DNA of 64,000 nucleotides from an uncultured virus (IMG/VR IMGVR_UViG_3300048580_000371) (Duplodnaviria > Heunggongvirae > Uroviricota > Caudoviricetes): the IMG/VR virus record IMGVR_UViG_3300048580_000371; one strand, 5' to 3'. The notes under the pieces were generated by a model that worked only from the letters and a program-made list of their open reading frames with translations, searched no databases and had not been told where the DNA came from. Below, piece after piece: positions 37,486 to 47,009 of the stretch. A program made the translations under genes and the position numbers. Each line of letters begins with the position of its first letter. The stretch's first letter is position 1.

Positions 37486-37889
37486 TTTTTTAATCCTTTA
37501 ATATATTTTTTCATATCACGAATAATATCAGACAACGTTACTGGTTTGCAAGTTATCCAATCAAAACCGATGAATGAATATTCAGATTTTGATTCAAGTT
37601 TGTGTGGCGTTTGGAAAATATTCTTATTGCGCCAATTTGATTTATTAGTTTCTTTGTCCCAAATCATTCGGTCAATTTCTTTGAACAACATAATAAAATC
37701 TGGAACAATATCCAACCCATTGCAACGTTCCACACTTTCAAGAATGCGGGTTTGGTATGCTTTCAATCCATCACAGGAAAACCGACGAATGGATGAACCT
37801 GCATATGGACCGATATATTCCAACTTACAAATTTTTTCAGCCAATTTTTTAACTTCAGCTAACTGAGAAGTGACCATGGGGTTCATCAT
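37482..37889 (-). CDS. hypothetical protein
   Basis: AAGGAG RBS. Confidence 0.6.
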   Translation of the reverse strand: MMNPMVTSQLAEVKKLAEKICKLEYIGPYAGSSIRRFSCDGLKAYQTRILESVERCNGLDIVPDFIMLFKEIDRMIWDKETNKSNWRNKNIFQTPHKLESKSEYSFIGFDWITCKPVTLSDIIRDMKKYIKGLKK

Positions 37890-39101
37890 TTACTCCTTTA
37901 AATCGTTAATAAATTTGATAGCATCTTTATCTGTTTTACATTGCCCAAGAATATGCCCTTTAATATGTTTTTCAATCTTAGTATCATCTTGATTATTAAT
38001 TGCAAACATATAAAGTGGGAAGTTTTTAAAATCCTTCCAAATTTTTGCAAATTCTGATTTATCATTTTTGTTGGTAACATCACCTGTGAAAGTGTTTTTA
38101 ACTTTAATGACATCAGATACAGTAGCATTGAAATATGCAGACACCTTTTCATATACTTCAATCATACGATCTCTAATGTCACCTGTTACCATAAGAGAAA
38201 TTGCATCATCAATGGTTTCATCAATGGTCATTTCAACATACATACGGTCCCCACGCTGTTTTTCAATAAAATGACGATGCATGTTTTCATACCAATTTGT
38301 TTTGACTTTGATAAGAGTTCCGTCAGAAAAACGAACAACCCAACCTTCAACATTTTTAGATGTTTTCTGAAAATCAATTAGGTTATCAATAGACATTGAA
38401 CTTGGAAATTTGAACAAATCAGTAGTATTTTTAGTATCAATGTCCTGATAATTGATTACTTGAGAAATCCTCATGGAAGCAATAATATCTGTCATATTTT
38501 TGAATTCACCAGTTTTTTCATGTCGAATTTGTACAACACGAAGCTCGGGTTTTTCATATTTCAATACAATTTCATTGTCAGGTCCAATCATTTCACAAAT
38601 AATTGCATAGTTGTTATCTGGACCATTTTTATGAAGATGTGCCTCAATATAATCTTTAAGATATTTACTTTTGTGAAGAAGTTCCAACGCCATTTCGCAA
38701 TGTGGTCCAACAGCAGAACCCTTGGACTTTGCAATAATACGACCATTTGGGAGGCGAATGAACCGAATGAGTGACCCATCCAATTTTTCGGTGATTTCAA
38801 CGATTTGTTTATCTTTGACATCATTGTACATGGCACCATTAGTCTGATTCAAACACCAAAATTTAGGGAGCATTAGATAACGATGATATAGACCATTATC
38901 TTCAACAAAAGTCAAACCCCGAAGTTCAAGAGCATTAATGGTTTTGTTCCCCTTGATAGGCTCCATGAAATCTTGATAACCAGGCAAACGATAGTTGAAA
39001 GTATGGATTTTATATCCATCAATTTCTTCAATTGTATGCTTGAAAGCATCATTCGCTGCAACAATTGCAACAGAATCTTCAAATGTGGGTAGATAAGTCA
39101 T
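37890..39101 (-). CDS. RNA ligase 1 (T4 Rnl1-like)
   Basis: FNYRL, ELRGLTF, KFW, TEKLDGSLI, CEMIGPDNEIV, EGWVV, KVKTNWY. Confidence 0.88.
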   Translation of the reverse strand: MTYLPTFEDSVAIVAANDAFKHTIEEIDGYKIHTFNYRLPGYQDFMEPIKGNKTINALELRGLTFVEDNGLYHRYLMLPKFWCLNQTNGAMYNDVKDKQIVEITEKLDGSLIRFIRLPNGRIIAKSKGSAVGPHCEMALELLHKSKYLKDYIEAHLHKNGPDNNYAIICEMIGPDNEIVLKYEKPELRVVQIRHEKTGEFKNMTDIIASMRISQVINYQDIDTKNTTDLFKFPSSMSIDNLIDFQKTSKNVEGWVVRFSDGTLIKVKTNWYENMHRHFIEKQRGDRMYVEMTIDETIDDAISLMVTGDIRDRMIEVYEKVSAYFNATVSDVIKVKNTFTGDVTNKNDKSEFAKIWKDFKNFPLYMFAINNQDDTKIEKHIKGHILGQCKTDKDAIKFINDLKE

Positions 39102-39149
39102 AATGGGTGAAACTCCTTGAATTTCACCCATTATAGCAGTTTTTAAAAA

Positions 39150-39359
39150 TTAGTCAATTGTTTTTCGTAAATTAACCATTTTATTATAAGTGTCAATGTG
39201 TCGTTGAATTTCGTTAATTAATGATTGTGCTTTTTTTGGAAACTCATCGTTTGGAAACATTAAATTAACACGATAACTTGAAAGTCTATCTCTCAATTGT
39301 TCAAAATCAACATAATCATATTTTTCTCTATATAATTTTGCATATTCTTCTTTTGTCAT
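39150..39359 (-). CDS. hypothetical protein
   Basis: Coupled ORF. Confidence 0.55.
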   Translation of the reverse strand: MTKEEYAKLYREKYDYVDFEQLRDRLSSYRVNLMFPNDEFPKKAQSLINEIQRHIDTYNKMVNLRKTID

Positions 39360-40624
39360 GATATGTCCTTTGTAAATCCTGGCGCAAAAACTTGTAATAG
39401 TTCAATGATTCTATCAGATGTTTTTTCGTCAACTGGTTGTTTATTATTTTTATTATAAAATTCCATAAATGAACTTACCACTTTATTGAATTTAAAATTT
39501 TCAACATTATATTTCAATTGTTTTTCAAGCATTGTTAAATCAATTGTGGTTGTGCCTTCTTCAGACAACCATTTTTTCATACGATTTAAAAATCTCCGAA
39601 CCCCAACGATATGTGAATCAGACCAATCGCCGCCATCAAAATAATGCCCAATGAACATTAGATACATTCTGAGTTCATCAGAATTAAATTCATCTGGTGA
39701 AACAACATTGCCTCTTGATTTGGACATTTTAGCCCCATCTTTGGTAATCATCCCCTGATGAATAACTTTTTTAAATGGTTCTTCATTTGGAACAATTCCT
39801 AAATCATATAAAAACATATGAATAAAACGGGCATATATAAGATGCATACATGCGTGTTCTGGACCACCAACATACAAATCGACTTGTTTATAATCACCAG
39901 ATGGTAAAAATTCATCATTGGCATTAGTACAATAGCGAAGATAATAAAATGATGAATCGACAAATGTATCCAAAGTATCAGTTTCACCTTCAATTGGTAT
40001 TGGGCACCCCCATTTCCTCTGCCTTGATACACACCAATCTCGCAAATTTTCCAACCAAACTCGTTGTTGTTTAATAGTACCAGATGGATAATCTAAAGTA
40101 TCAAGATTTTTAATCAAACGATCTTTGTATTCTGTGATTTTAAAATACCATTGATTGAGATTTTTCATTTCAACTTTTGTCCCACAACGTTCACAAATAC
40201 CATCTTTAGCTTGTTCATTTGCCAATACTGTATCACAAGATGGACAAAAATTGACATCGCCATATGATTTATAGGCAAGACCTTTCTCATATAATTTTGT
40301 AAAAACCCATTGTGTCCATTTAATATAATTAGGTTCGCTTGTTACTAATTTTTCTTCATAACAAGTGTTCATATGTTCCATTTGTTTTCGAAAATTTATA
40401 ATATTGTTGTTAGTTACAATTCTTGGATCGCCGCCGATTTTAATAGCATAATTTTCAGCTGGCAAACCAAATGCATCATATCCAAATGGTTGGAAAACTT
40501 CTTCCCCTTGAAGTTTTAACCAACGACAATATGAATCCACAATTGCATAATTATAATAATGTCCTATATGTAGCCCATCACCAGATGGATACGGGAACAT
40601 CACACAAATATATTTTTGTTCCAT
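39356..40624 (-). CDS. leuS: minimal leucyl-tRNA synthetase (no CP1 editing domain)
   Basis: MFPYPSGDGLHIGH, GYDAFGLPAENYAIK, VLANEQ, RDWCVSRQRKWGCPIP, ETDTLDTFVDSS, YVGGPEHA, KMSKS. Confidence 0.9.
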   Translation of the reverse strand: MEQKYICVMFPYPSGDGLHIGHYYNYAIVDSYCRWLKLQGEEVFQPFGYDAFGLPAENYAIKIGGDPRIVTNNNIINFRKQMEHMNTCYEEKLVTSEPNYIKWTQWVFTKLYEKGLAYKSYGDVNFCPSCDTVLANEQAKDGICERCGTKVEMKNLNQWYFKITEYKDRLIKNLDTLDYPSGTIKQQRVWLENLRDWCVSRQRKWGCPIPIEGETDTLDTFVDSSFYYLRYCTNANDEFLPSGDYKQVDLYVGGPEHACMHLIYARFIHMFLYDLGIVPNEEPFKKVIHQGMITKDGAKMSKSRGNVVSPDEFNSDELRMYLMFIGHYFDGGDWSDSHIVGVRRFLNRMKKWLSEEGTTTIDLTMLEKQLKYNVENFKFNKVVSSFMEFYNKNNKQPVDEKTSDRIIELLQVFAPGFTKDIS

Positions 40625-40833
40625 TAAAGTTTCTCCGGATCAACATCGCCTTTGCGTTTGCCATACTTGTCTGTCAATGATGGACCTTGACTGATTTCAA
40701 CAGTTTTGCGAACATATTCATTGACATTCTTTGACGCTGTGGCGTGTAAATCCATCCCAACATCAACAACTTTTAACCACATATCAACCCATAATAGAGC
40801 TATTTCTTTTTGTACTTCGAATAATTGTTTCAC
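40624..40833 (-). CDS. hypothetical protein
   Basis: AAGGAG RBS, GTG start. Confidence 0.55.
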   Translation of the reverse strand: MKQLFEVQKEIALLWVDMWLKVVDVGMDLHATASKNVNEYVRKTVEISQGPSLTDKYGKRKGDVDPEKL

Positions 40834-40915
40834 GATTTTTCTCCTTTTTTGACTATATACCCACTATACCATGAATGTTATTGACTGACAATTTAAAAAT
40901 CTATATAATTTTAAT

Positions 40916-41203
40916 ATGAAAGAAGAATGGTTAACATGGGGTGGAACCCCACAATTTCTTATTTATAAACGTTGGGATGAAAGTTGTCCTCCCAAAAAAT
41001 TCCCTATACTCTATATCAAAGAATGGAAAAATAATGATTTGGCAAGATTTAACATTGATGTTTTTGTCAAAAAGTGTGTAGAAAAAAATATTCAAGTGGC
41101 TTGGAACCCTCCCCATTTTACCGAGTATCATTATGGACAATGGAAGTTTTATTTTAAAACAGAAGATGATAAGTTATTGGCTGTATTATCAATGCCGCCA
41201 TAA
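40916..41203 (+). CDS. FKLRW-motif family protein (variant)
   Basis: FYFKTEDDKLLAVL. Confidence 0.55.
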   Translation: MKEEWLTWGGTPQFLIYKRWDESCPPKKFPILYIKEWKNNDLARFNIDVFVKKCVEKNIQVAWNPPHFTEYHYGQWKFYFKTEDDKLLAVLSMPP

Positions 41204-41476
41204 TGTAAACAACATTAAATCATTTTTGTCTTTAAAATAAATAACATTACTTAGCCATTCCCATTTAGCATCATAATTTAAAATTTCATAATTACTTGTA
41301 TTTGATGTAAAAAATATCATTGGTTCACCCAATGTTTCAACTAACCATTTAATCCAGTGTTGTGGTGGAAAATCAGTATGTATATATTGATAGGGAAAAT
41401 TATTTGATAGATATTTTGTAAATATACACACATGTTCGTCATTATATTCATCAAAATATTTAAATGGTAGTGTCAT
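41189..41476 (-). CDS. FKLRW-motif family protein
   Basis: YFKDKNDLMLFTLWRH. Confidence 0.7.
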   Translation of the reverse strand: MTLPFKYFDEYNDEHVCIFTKYLSNNFPYQYIHTDFPPQHWIKWLVETLGEPMIFFTSNTSNYEILNYDAKWEWLSNVIYFKDKNDLMLFTLWRH

Positions 41477-41867
41477 TGTCTATATTTTCTTTAATGGGGA
41501 ATTCATCATTGTATTGATTAACAAATTGTTCTTTTAAATTAAACATTTCGTGGTGTGTCGTTAGACAAATTAATTTAATATCATTGTTTTCTTTTTTGTA
41601 TACCAACAATGGGTCGCCATTATTTTTGATCCCCAAATGGCAATGATATATATTATTTAAATGGTATGGTTTGAAAATATCATTATTTTTATTTTTTCCT
41701 GATTTTTTATCAACTCTGAAATGTTGTTCTGGTAATGGAGTTTCTGTTGCCTTGTGTGTTTCAAATATTTTAACTAATGATAATACTCTAATATCATCAT
41801 ATTTGTTCACCAAACAAATGTCTTTAACGCTTTTCCAAAAATAATCATCATATTTTATTTTAAGCAT
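41460..41867 (-). CDS. YafQ/RelE-like ribonuclease toxin
   Basis: IKYDDYFWKSVK...YHCHL...DPLLVYK...LICLTTHHEMF parallels the YafQ layout. Confidence 0.55.
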   Translation of the reverse strand: MLKIKYDDYFWKSVKDICLVNKYDDIRVLSLVKIFETHKATETPLPEQHFRVDKKSGKNKNNDIFKPYHLNNIYHCHLGIKNNGDPLLVYKKENNDIKLICLTTHHEMFNLKEQFVNQYNDEFPIKENIDNDTTI

Positions 41868-42069
41868 TTCGTACTTTATCCAACATCCATCCCATTAATT
41901 CATCGTCAGATAAATGCATCGGAACTTCCCCATCTGCAGGTTTGTTACTTATATCAACTATTTTTTGTTGGGTTGGAGTCATGTCTTCATATTCAATTAT
42001 TCTTGGTTTTTGTTTAGTAGTTGGTCTTTCCATAGTATTATTTTCTTTGATAAATTCTTTTGCTCTCAT
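41860..42069 (-). CDS. small protein, CTS-like start; possible antitoxin
   Basis: MRAKEFIKE; GATAAATA 42095-42102; overlaps the toxin start. Confidence 0.6.
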   Translation of the reverse strand: MRAKEFIKENNTMERPTTKQKPRIIEYEDMTPTQQKIVDISNKPADGEVPMHLSDDELMGWMLDKVRNA

Positions 42070-42116
42070 ATTGGACACCTCTTTTTTATTCTTATATTTA
42101 TCATTGTAACATAAAA

Positions 42117-42455
42117 TCAACCCCACTTCAAATAAAGAAACAGAACTTCGTCTTTGGTTTTATATCCAAGGTCAACCAATGCTGTGGAATATTCTTTGAA
42201 CGAAAAATATCTTATACCATGTAGATAATAATGGGGGTCAATATCTAAATTTGTAAATATTATCGCTGGTCCATCTAAACGATGAATGACACCATTTAAA
42301 TACCATGCTTCATTATTCTTATTTGGATATCTTTTATCGATGGTTATAACAGATGGACCATCATCCTTATGAAGATAAGGTAAATCTGAACGATAAAAAC
42401 GAGTTATCTGTCTATAATGATTATCGTCATATACTGTATGATATTTATGGTTCAT
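42117..42455 (-). CDS. HRxDGPA-repeat protein with LYLKW helix
   Basis: LHKDDGPS, IHRLDGPA; YKTKDEVLFLYLKWG. Confidence 0.7.
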   Translation of the reverse strand: MNHKYHTVYDDNHYRQITRFYRSDLPYLHKDDGPSVITIDKRYPNKNNEAWYLNGVIHRLDGPAIIFTNLDIDPHYYLHGIRYFSFKEYSTALVDLGYKTKDEVLFLYLKWG

Positions 42456-42515
42456 TTTAATACTTCCTTTATTTGAGTTATTATAAATTATTTTTACACA
42501 TTTTTCAACATAAAA

Positions 42516-42604
42516 GATAAATAAGTATAGCGGGCAGTTGAATGCTTCACTATTCAACTGCAGATACCAAGGAGGATATCCTTTCCGCTATAACTGTATT
42601 TATA
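42516..42604 (+). promoter_or_regulatory. structured endonuclease-leader element (copy B)
   Basis: GATAAATA-TAGCGG-[GCAGTTGAAT..ATTCAACTGC]-AGATACC-[AAGGA..TCCTT]-CCGCTA-TATTTATA. Confidence 0.75.
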
Positions 42605-42628
42605 ACAAAACACGAGGAGAATGTCAAA

Positions 42629-43756
42629 ATGGTTAAATTTAATAAGACTGATTTTATTAAAAAAGCAGAAAAAATACACAATAAAAAATATAATTATTCA
42701 TTGGTTGATTATATAAATTCTCAGATCAAAATTAAAATTATATGTCCAATTCATGGTGATTTTGAACAAAAACCAGCACACCATTTACGAGGACAAGGCT
42801 GTGTAAGATGTGCTGGTTTGGAACGAAAAACAACAGAACAATTTATTAAAGAAGCATCAAAAGTTCATAATGGAAAGTATGATTATTCATTAGTTAATTA
42901 TAAAAATAGTGATACTAAAGTTAAAATTATATGCTCAATTCATGGTGAATTTGAACAAAACCCAGACAATCATGTTAATAAAAATATAGGGTGCCCAAAA
43001 TGTTCTAATGAAAAAAAAAGTTTGAAAATGCTATCATCAACAGAAGAATTTATAAAAAAAGCCAATATTATTCATAATAATTTTTATTCATATGAAAAAT
43101 CACAATATATTTCAGCAAGAGATCAAATATTAATAACTTGTCCAAAACATGGGGATTTCAGCCAAACAGTTGATACACATTTGAGTGGGGCTGGGTGTTT
43201 TGAGTGTGGCAAACAAAAAATAGTTAATTTTTTTTCATTAACACAAGAAGAATTTATACAACGAGCCAAAATTGTTCATGGTAATTTATATTCATATGAT
43301 AAGGTTGTTTATATTAAAGGAAAAAATAAAGTAATCATTACTTGTCCAGTTCATGGGGATTTTCATCAATTGGCTGTTAATCATTTATTAGGTAGGGGTT
43401 GCCCTGTGTGTAATTCATATTCAAAAGCAGAAGAAATAATGGTAAGAATTTTAAATAAATATAATATTAATTTTCAATATCAAAAAACGTTTGAAAACTT
43501 TCGAAATAAAGATACTGGTTATCTATTAAGATTTGATTTTTATTTTCCATTAATAAATACTATAGTTGAATATGATGGAAAACAACATTTTGAACCAATT
43601 GAATATTGGGGAGGGTTGAAAAATCTAAAATTAATTCAAGAACGAGATAAATTAAAAAGCGATTATTGTTTAAAAAATAATATTAATTTATTAAGAATAT
43701 CTTATAAAGACAAACATAAAATCGAAGAAATATTAATAATGAATGGGATTATTTAA
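42629..43756 (+). CDS. homing endonuclease with CPxHG zinc repeats and Vsr/DUF559-like domain
   Basis: Four repeats; LRFDFYF...VEYDGKQHF...LLRISY; paralogue of 1557-2927. Confidence 0.85.
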   Translation: MVKFNKTDFIKKAEKIHNKKYNYSLVDYINSQIKIKIICPIHGDFEQKPAHHLRGQGCVRCAGLERKTTEQFIKEASKVHNGKYDYSLVNYKNSDTKVKIICSIHGEFEQNPDNHVNKNIGCPKCSNEKKSLKMLSSTEEFIKKANIIHNNFYSYEKSQYISARDQILITCPKHGDFSQTVDTHLSGAGCFECGKQKIVNFFSLTQEEFIQRAKIVHGNLYSYDKVVYIKGKNKVIITCPVHGDFHQLAVNHLLGRGCPVCNSYSKAEEIMVRILNKYNINFQYQKTFENFRNKDTGYLLRFDFYFPLINTIVEYDGKQHFEPIEYWGGLKNLKLIQERDKLKSDYCLKNNINLLRISYKDKHKIEEILIMNGII

Positions 43757-44031
43757 CTCCCATTCATATAATCCTTCAAAAATTCAAAAACGTCTTCCTC
43801 ATTGGTGAATTGTTTTGTTGTGGTTTTAAATGATAAATGGATAACTGAACCAAAGTGCCGGATCACACCAAAATTTTCAAACCGCCCATTGCCGGGTTCT
43901 CTACCAACCCATCTTGAGTGATTACTCAAATATTTGTTACCTTCATCATCATATCGGTCTATAATTGGGACAAAATCATGATCGCAATTAAGTATTTCAG
44001 CGCAACGCTGATAAAATGTTTCTCTTTTCAT
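43753..44031 (-). CDS. hypothetical protein
   Basis: SRWVGREPGNGRF; TTGACA promoter upstream. Confidence 0.6.
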   Translation of the reverse strand: MKRETFYQRCAEILNCDHDFVPIIDRYDDEGNKYLSNHSRWVGREPGNGRFENFGVIRHFGSVIHLSFKTTTKQFTNEEDVFEFLKDYMNGS

Positions 44032-44149
44032 AATGACTCATTGTATGGTAAAAATATTAGATTGTCAATGATTTTTTCATTAAATTAGGTGTTAACTTTC
44101 TCCATTAAAAGATAAATAATAGATAAAACTTTTTATGGAGAAATAGAAA

Positions 44150-46981
44150 ATGGGATTATCATTCAGTGGGGCATTAACACCAACAGGACGTACAACTACC
44201 CGTGCCAATAAAGCACCAACATGGTCATCAACAGGTAATTTAGGGCAGACATTAGGGAATAAACCTTTTACTGCTAACCTTCTTGGTAGTGATCCTGAAG
44301 GGGCTACAATAAAATATGGGATATATGATGGTGGGGTTATTCCAAGTGGTTTGACTTTATCAGAAACAGGTGTTTTATCAGGTACACCTGCGAATAATCC
44401 AGGTGTTAAAACATTCCCAATTTATATAACCGATGGCGTTGACGTAATCCCCCAAACATTCACTTTGGAAATCCAAAATGCAACTCCTGTATGGGCAACA
44501 TTAGCAGGGTCTTTGGGCACCATTAATGAAAATACTGCTTTTTCTATTTCTTTATCTGCATCAGATGAAAATTTAGATACATTGACATTTACAAAAACAG
44601 CAGGTACTTTACCACCAGGATTGACTTTGGCATCAGATGGCACACTATCTGGAACTACTGGACAGGTCAATCAAACAACAGTTTATAATTTCACTGTTCA
44701 GGTTAACGATGGTGCAACTGGTTTATCCAGTAGGGCATTTAGTATAACTGTTAATAATAATATTAATGAACCACCTGTATGGAGTACTGCAGCAGGTAGT
44801 TTAGGTATATTGAACGAACAAACTGATTTCTCTTATAATCTTTCAGTTACAGACCCAGATGTCGATGATACTATTACTTATGGTGTATCTTCTGGTACTT
44901 TACCAATTGGATTGACATTAAACACAGCCACCGGTGTTATATCTGGTAATACTGGCGTTGCAACCGGTAATGTTACTTATGATTTTATGATTAGTGCCCA
45001 AGATGGACATAATCCAATTATCTATAGGGCTTTTTCCATTACAGTATTAAATAACATTAACGAACCACCTGTGTGGACTACAGCAGCTGGTAATATAGGT
45101 TCATTTAATCAAGGCGCAAGTATTAATTTCTCATTTGTTGCAACTGACCAAAATGGTGATGGTATTACTTATTCATTAACCAGTGGCGCATTACCAACTG
45201 GGTTATCACTTTCAAGTGCAGGGGCGTTAACTGGTTCTACAAGTCAAACAGGCACATTTAATTTTACAGTGACTGCCACAGATACAAATTCAGGCACAAC
45301 TGCAAGAGCATTTAGTTTAGTTAGCCAAGTATTAAATGACCCATATTGGAACAATGTTTCTTTGTTAATGCATTTAAATGGTACAGGTTCAACTTATATT
45401 GACAATGGATCATTCAATAGAACAGGGTTTGTCACTACAGGAGCGATCACACAAACAAATACAGTTTCCAAATTCGGGACATCTTCAATGGTGTTTTCAA
45501 GTGGCCATTTGACAAACACCGCCTGTGACTGTATAACTGGTGGTACAACTCCCTTTACTATAGAATTTTGGTATAAATCTGCTACTAAACCAACGTCTGG
45601 GAATTATTATTTCCTTTGTGGACAGGCTGGTTCATTTCCAATGAATTTTTGGAGTGGTACTAATGGTCCATTTTATGGTGTTTGGGTTGGTTCAACTGGT
45701 GCTGTTTTATGGCAGATGTATGGTGGTTCTAACAATAATATAGCTATTAGTGGTTCTGCTAATATTTGTGATGGCAATTGGCACCATTTTGCAGTTTCAA
45801 ATTCTGCATCTGGTATGAGAATGTTTATTGATGGGACACAAGATGGTTCTACTTATGGTTCATCAATTTATACAGCAGCAAAACCAACGTCAGCTTCTGG
45901 TTTTTATTTTGGTGAAACATCTTCAGGTGGACAAGTAGCTGCAGGTTATTTGGACGAATTGCGTATTACTGATGGTGTTGCACGTTATACCAGTAATTTT
46001 ACATCTTCCTTACCATCATCAGCATTTATTGATGGTCCAGTTTGGACAACAAGCACACTTCCAAATTATTCCACAGGTGTTGCATATAATCAAACTGTTG
46101 TTGCAACAGGCAGCACAGTTATCTATAGTGTTGTATCTGGAACACTGCCAACAGGATTGTCATTGAATAGCTCAACAGGTGTTATATCAGGAACTTCTTC
46201 TGCTTCTTCATCTGCGACTATTACAATCCGTGCAACAGATATCAATACATCATATGCAGATAGAACATTCACTATCAACGTTGGTGACCCAAGTTTCACA
46301 AACGTTTCACTTTTGTTACATCTTGATAATAATTGGAATGATAGTTCAACAAGAAACTTATCAATATCATCATCAGGAGCAACGTTATCATCAACACAAT
46401 CAAAATTTGGTGGTTATTCTGCATATTTTGCTGGTTCACAAACAACTGCACCTAAAACAACAAGCGCAACTTATTTACAATTTACAGGTAGCACACACAT
46501 GACGTGGGAATGCTGGGTGTATCCAACTACCACTGCACAAGGAGCTGTACTATTTTTCAATAACGCAGGTGGGACAGCCCAAATTACACCTGGTATTTAT
46601 TGGCAAAATGGGTATTTTTATATGGAATGGTGGACTGGAACAGGATATAGTTATGCAGGAGATATACAAACAACAATTCCTCGTGTGGCTGCATCCATAA
46701 ATAATTGGCACCATGTTGCAGGTGTTTATACTCAAACATCTGGTAATACAGGGACAGCTAAAATGTTCATAAATGGCACCCAAAGTGGTGACACTGTTTC
46801 ATGTTCACCAAATTCAACACAATATGGCAATTCTGATACACTATGGTTAGGACTATATAGCTATAGTGGTGGGACAATAATACCATTTACGGGATATATT
46901 GATGAAGTTCGCATTACCAAGGGTGTTGCTCGTTATACAGCAAACTTTACCCCACCAACTACACCATTCCCTAATTCATAA
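44150..46981 (+). CDS. virion structural/adhesin protein with Ig-like (He_PIG) repeats and two LamG/ConA domains
   Basis: PxWxTxAG...GTLPxGLTL...G.ISG repeats; NVSLLMHLNG, FTIEFW, WHHFAV, GYLDELRITDGVARY; GATAAATA 44111-44118. Confidence 0.85.
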   Translation: MGLSFSGALTPTGRTTTRANKAPTWSSTGNLGQTLGNKPFTANLLGSDPEGATIKYGIYDGGVIPSGLTLSETGVLSGTPANNPGVKTFPIYITDGVDVIPQTFTLEIQNATPVWATLAGSLGTINENTAFSISLSASDENLDTLTFTKTAGTLPPGLTLASDGTLSGTTGQVNQTTVYNFTVQVNDGATGLSSRAFSITVNNNINEPPVWSTAAGSLGILNEQTDFSYNLSVTDPDVDDTITYGVSSGTLPIGLTLNTATGVISGNTGVATGNVTYDFMISAQDGHNPIIYRAFSITVLNNINEPPVWTTAAGNIGSFNQGASINFSFVATDQNGDGITYSLTSGALPTGLSLSSAGALTGSTSQTGTFNFTVTATDTNSGTTARAFSLVSQVLNDPYWNNVSLLMHLNGTGSTYIDNGSFNRTGFVTTGAITQTNTVSKFGTSSMVFSSGHLTNTACDCITGGTTPFTIEFWYKSATKPTSGNYYFLCGQAGSFPMNFWSGTNGPFYGVWVGSTGAVLWQMYGGSNNNIAISGSANICDGNWHHFAVSNSASGMRMFIDGTQDGSTYGSSIYTAAKPTSASGFYFGETSSGGQVAAGYLDELRITDGVARYTSNFTSSLPSSAFIDGPVWTTSTLPNYSTGVAYNQTVVATGSTVIYSVVSGTLPTGLSLNSSTGVISGTSSASSSATITIRATDINTSYADRTFTINVGDPSFTNVSLLLHLDNNWNDSSTRNLSISSSGATLSSTQSKFGGYSAYFAGSQTTAPKTTSATYLQFTGSTHMTWECWVYPTTTAQGAVLFFNNAGGTAQITPGIYWQNGYFYMEWWTGTGYSYAGDIQTTIPRVAASINNWHHVAGVYTQTSGNTGTAKMFINGTQSGDTVSCSPNSTQYGNSDTLWLGLYSYSGGTIIPFTGYIDEVRITKGVARYTANFTPPTTPFPNS

Positions 46982-46984
46982 AAT

Positions 46985-47008
46985 AAAAGCCCCGAAAGGG
47001 GCTTTTTT
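46985..47008. terminator. bidirectional terminator
   Basis: AAAAGCCCC-GAAA-GGGGCTTTTTT between convergent genes. Confidence 0.85.
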
Positions 47009-47009
47009 A

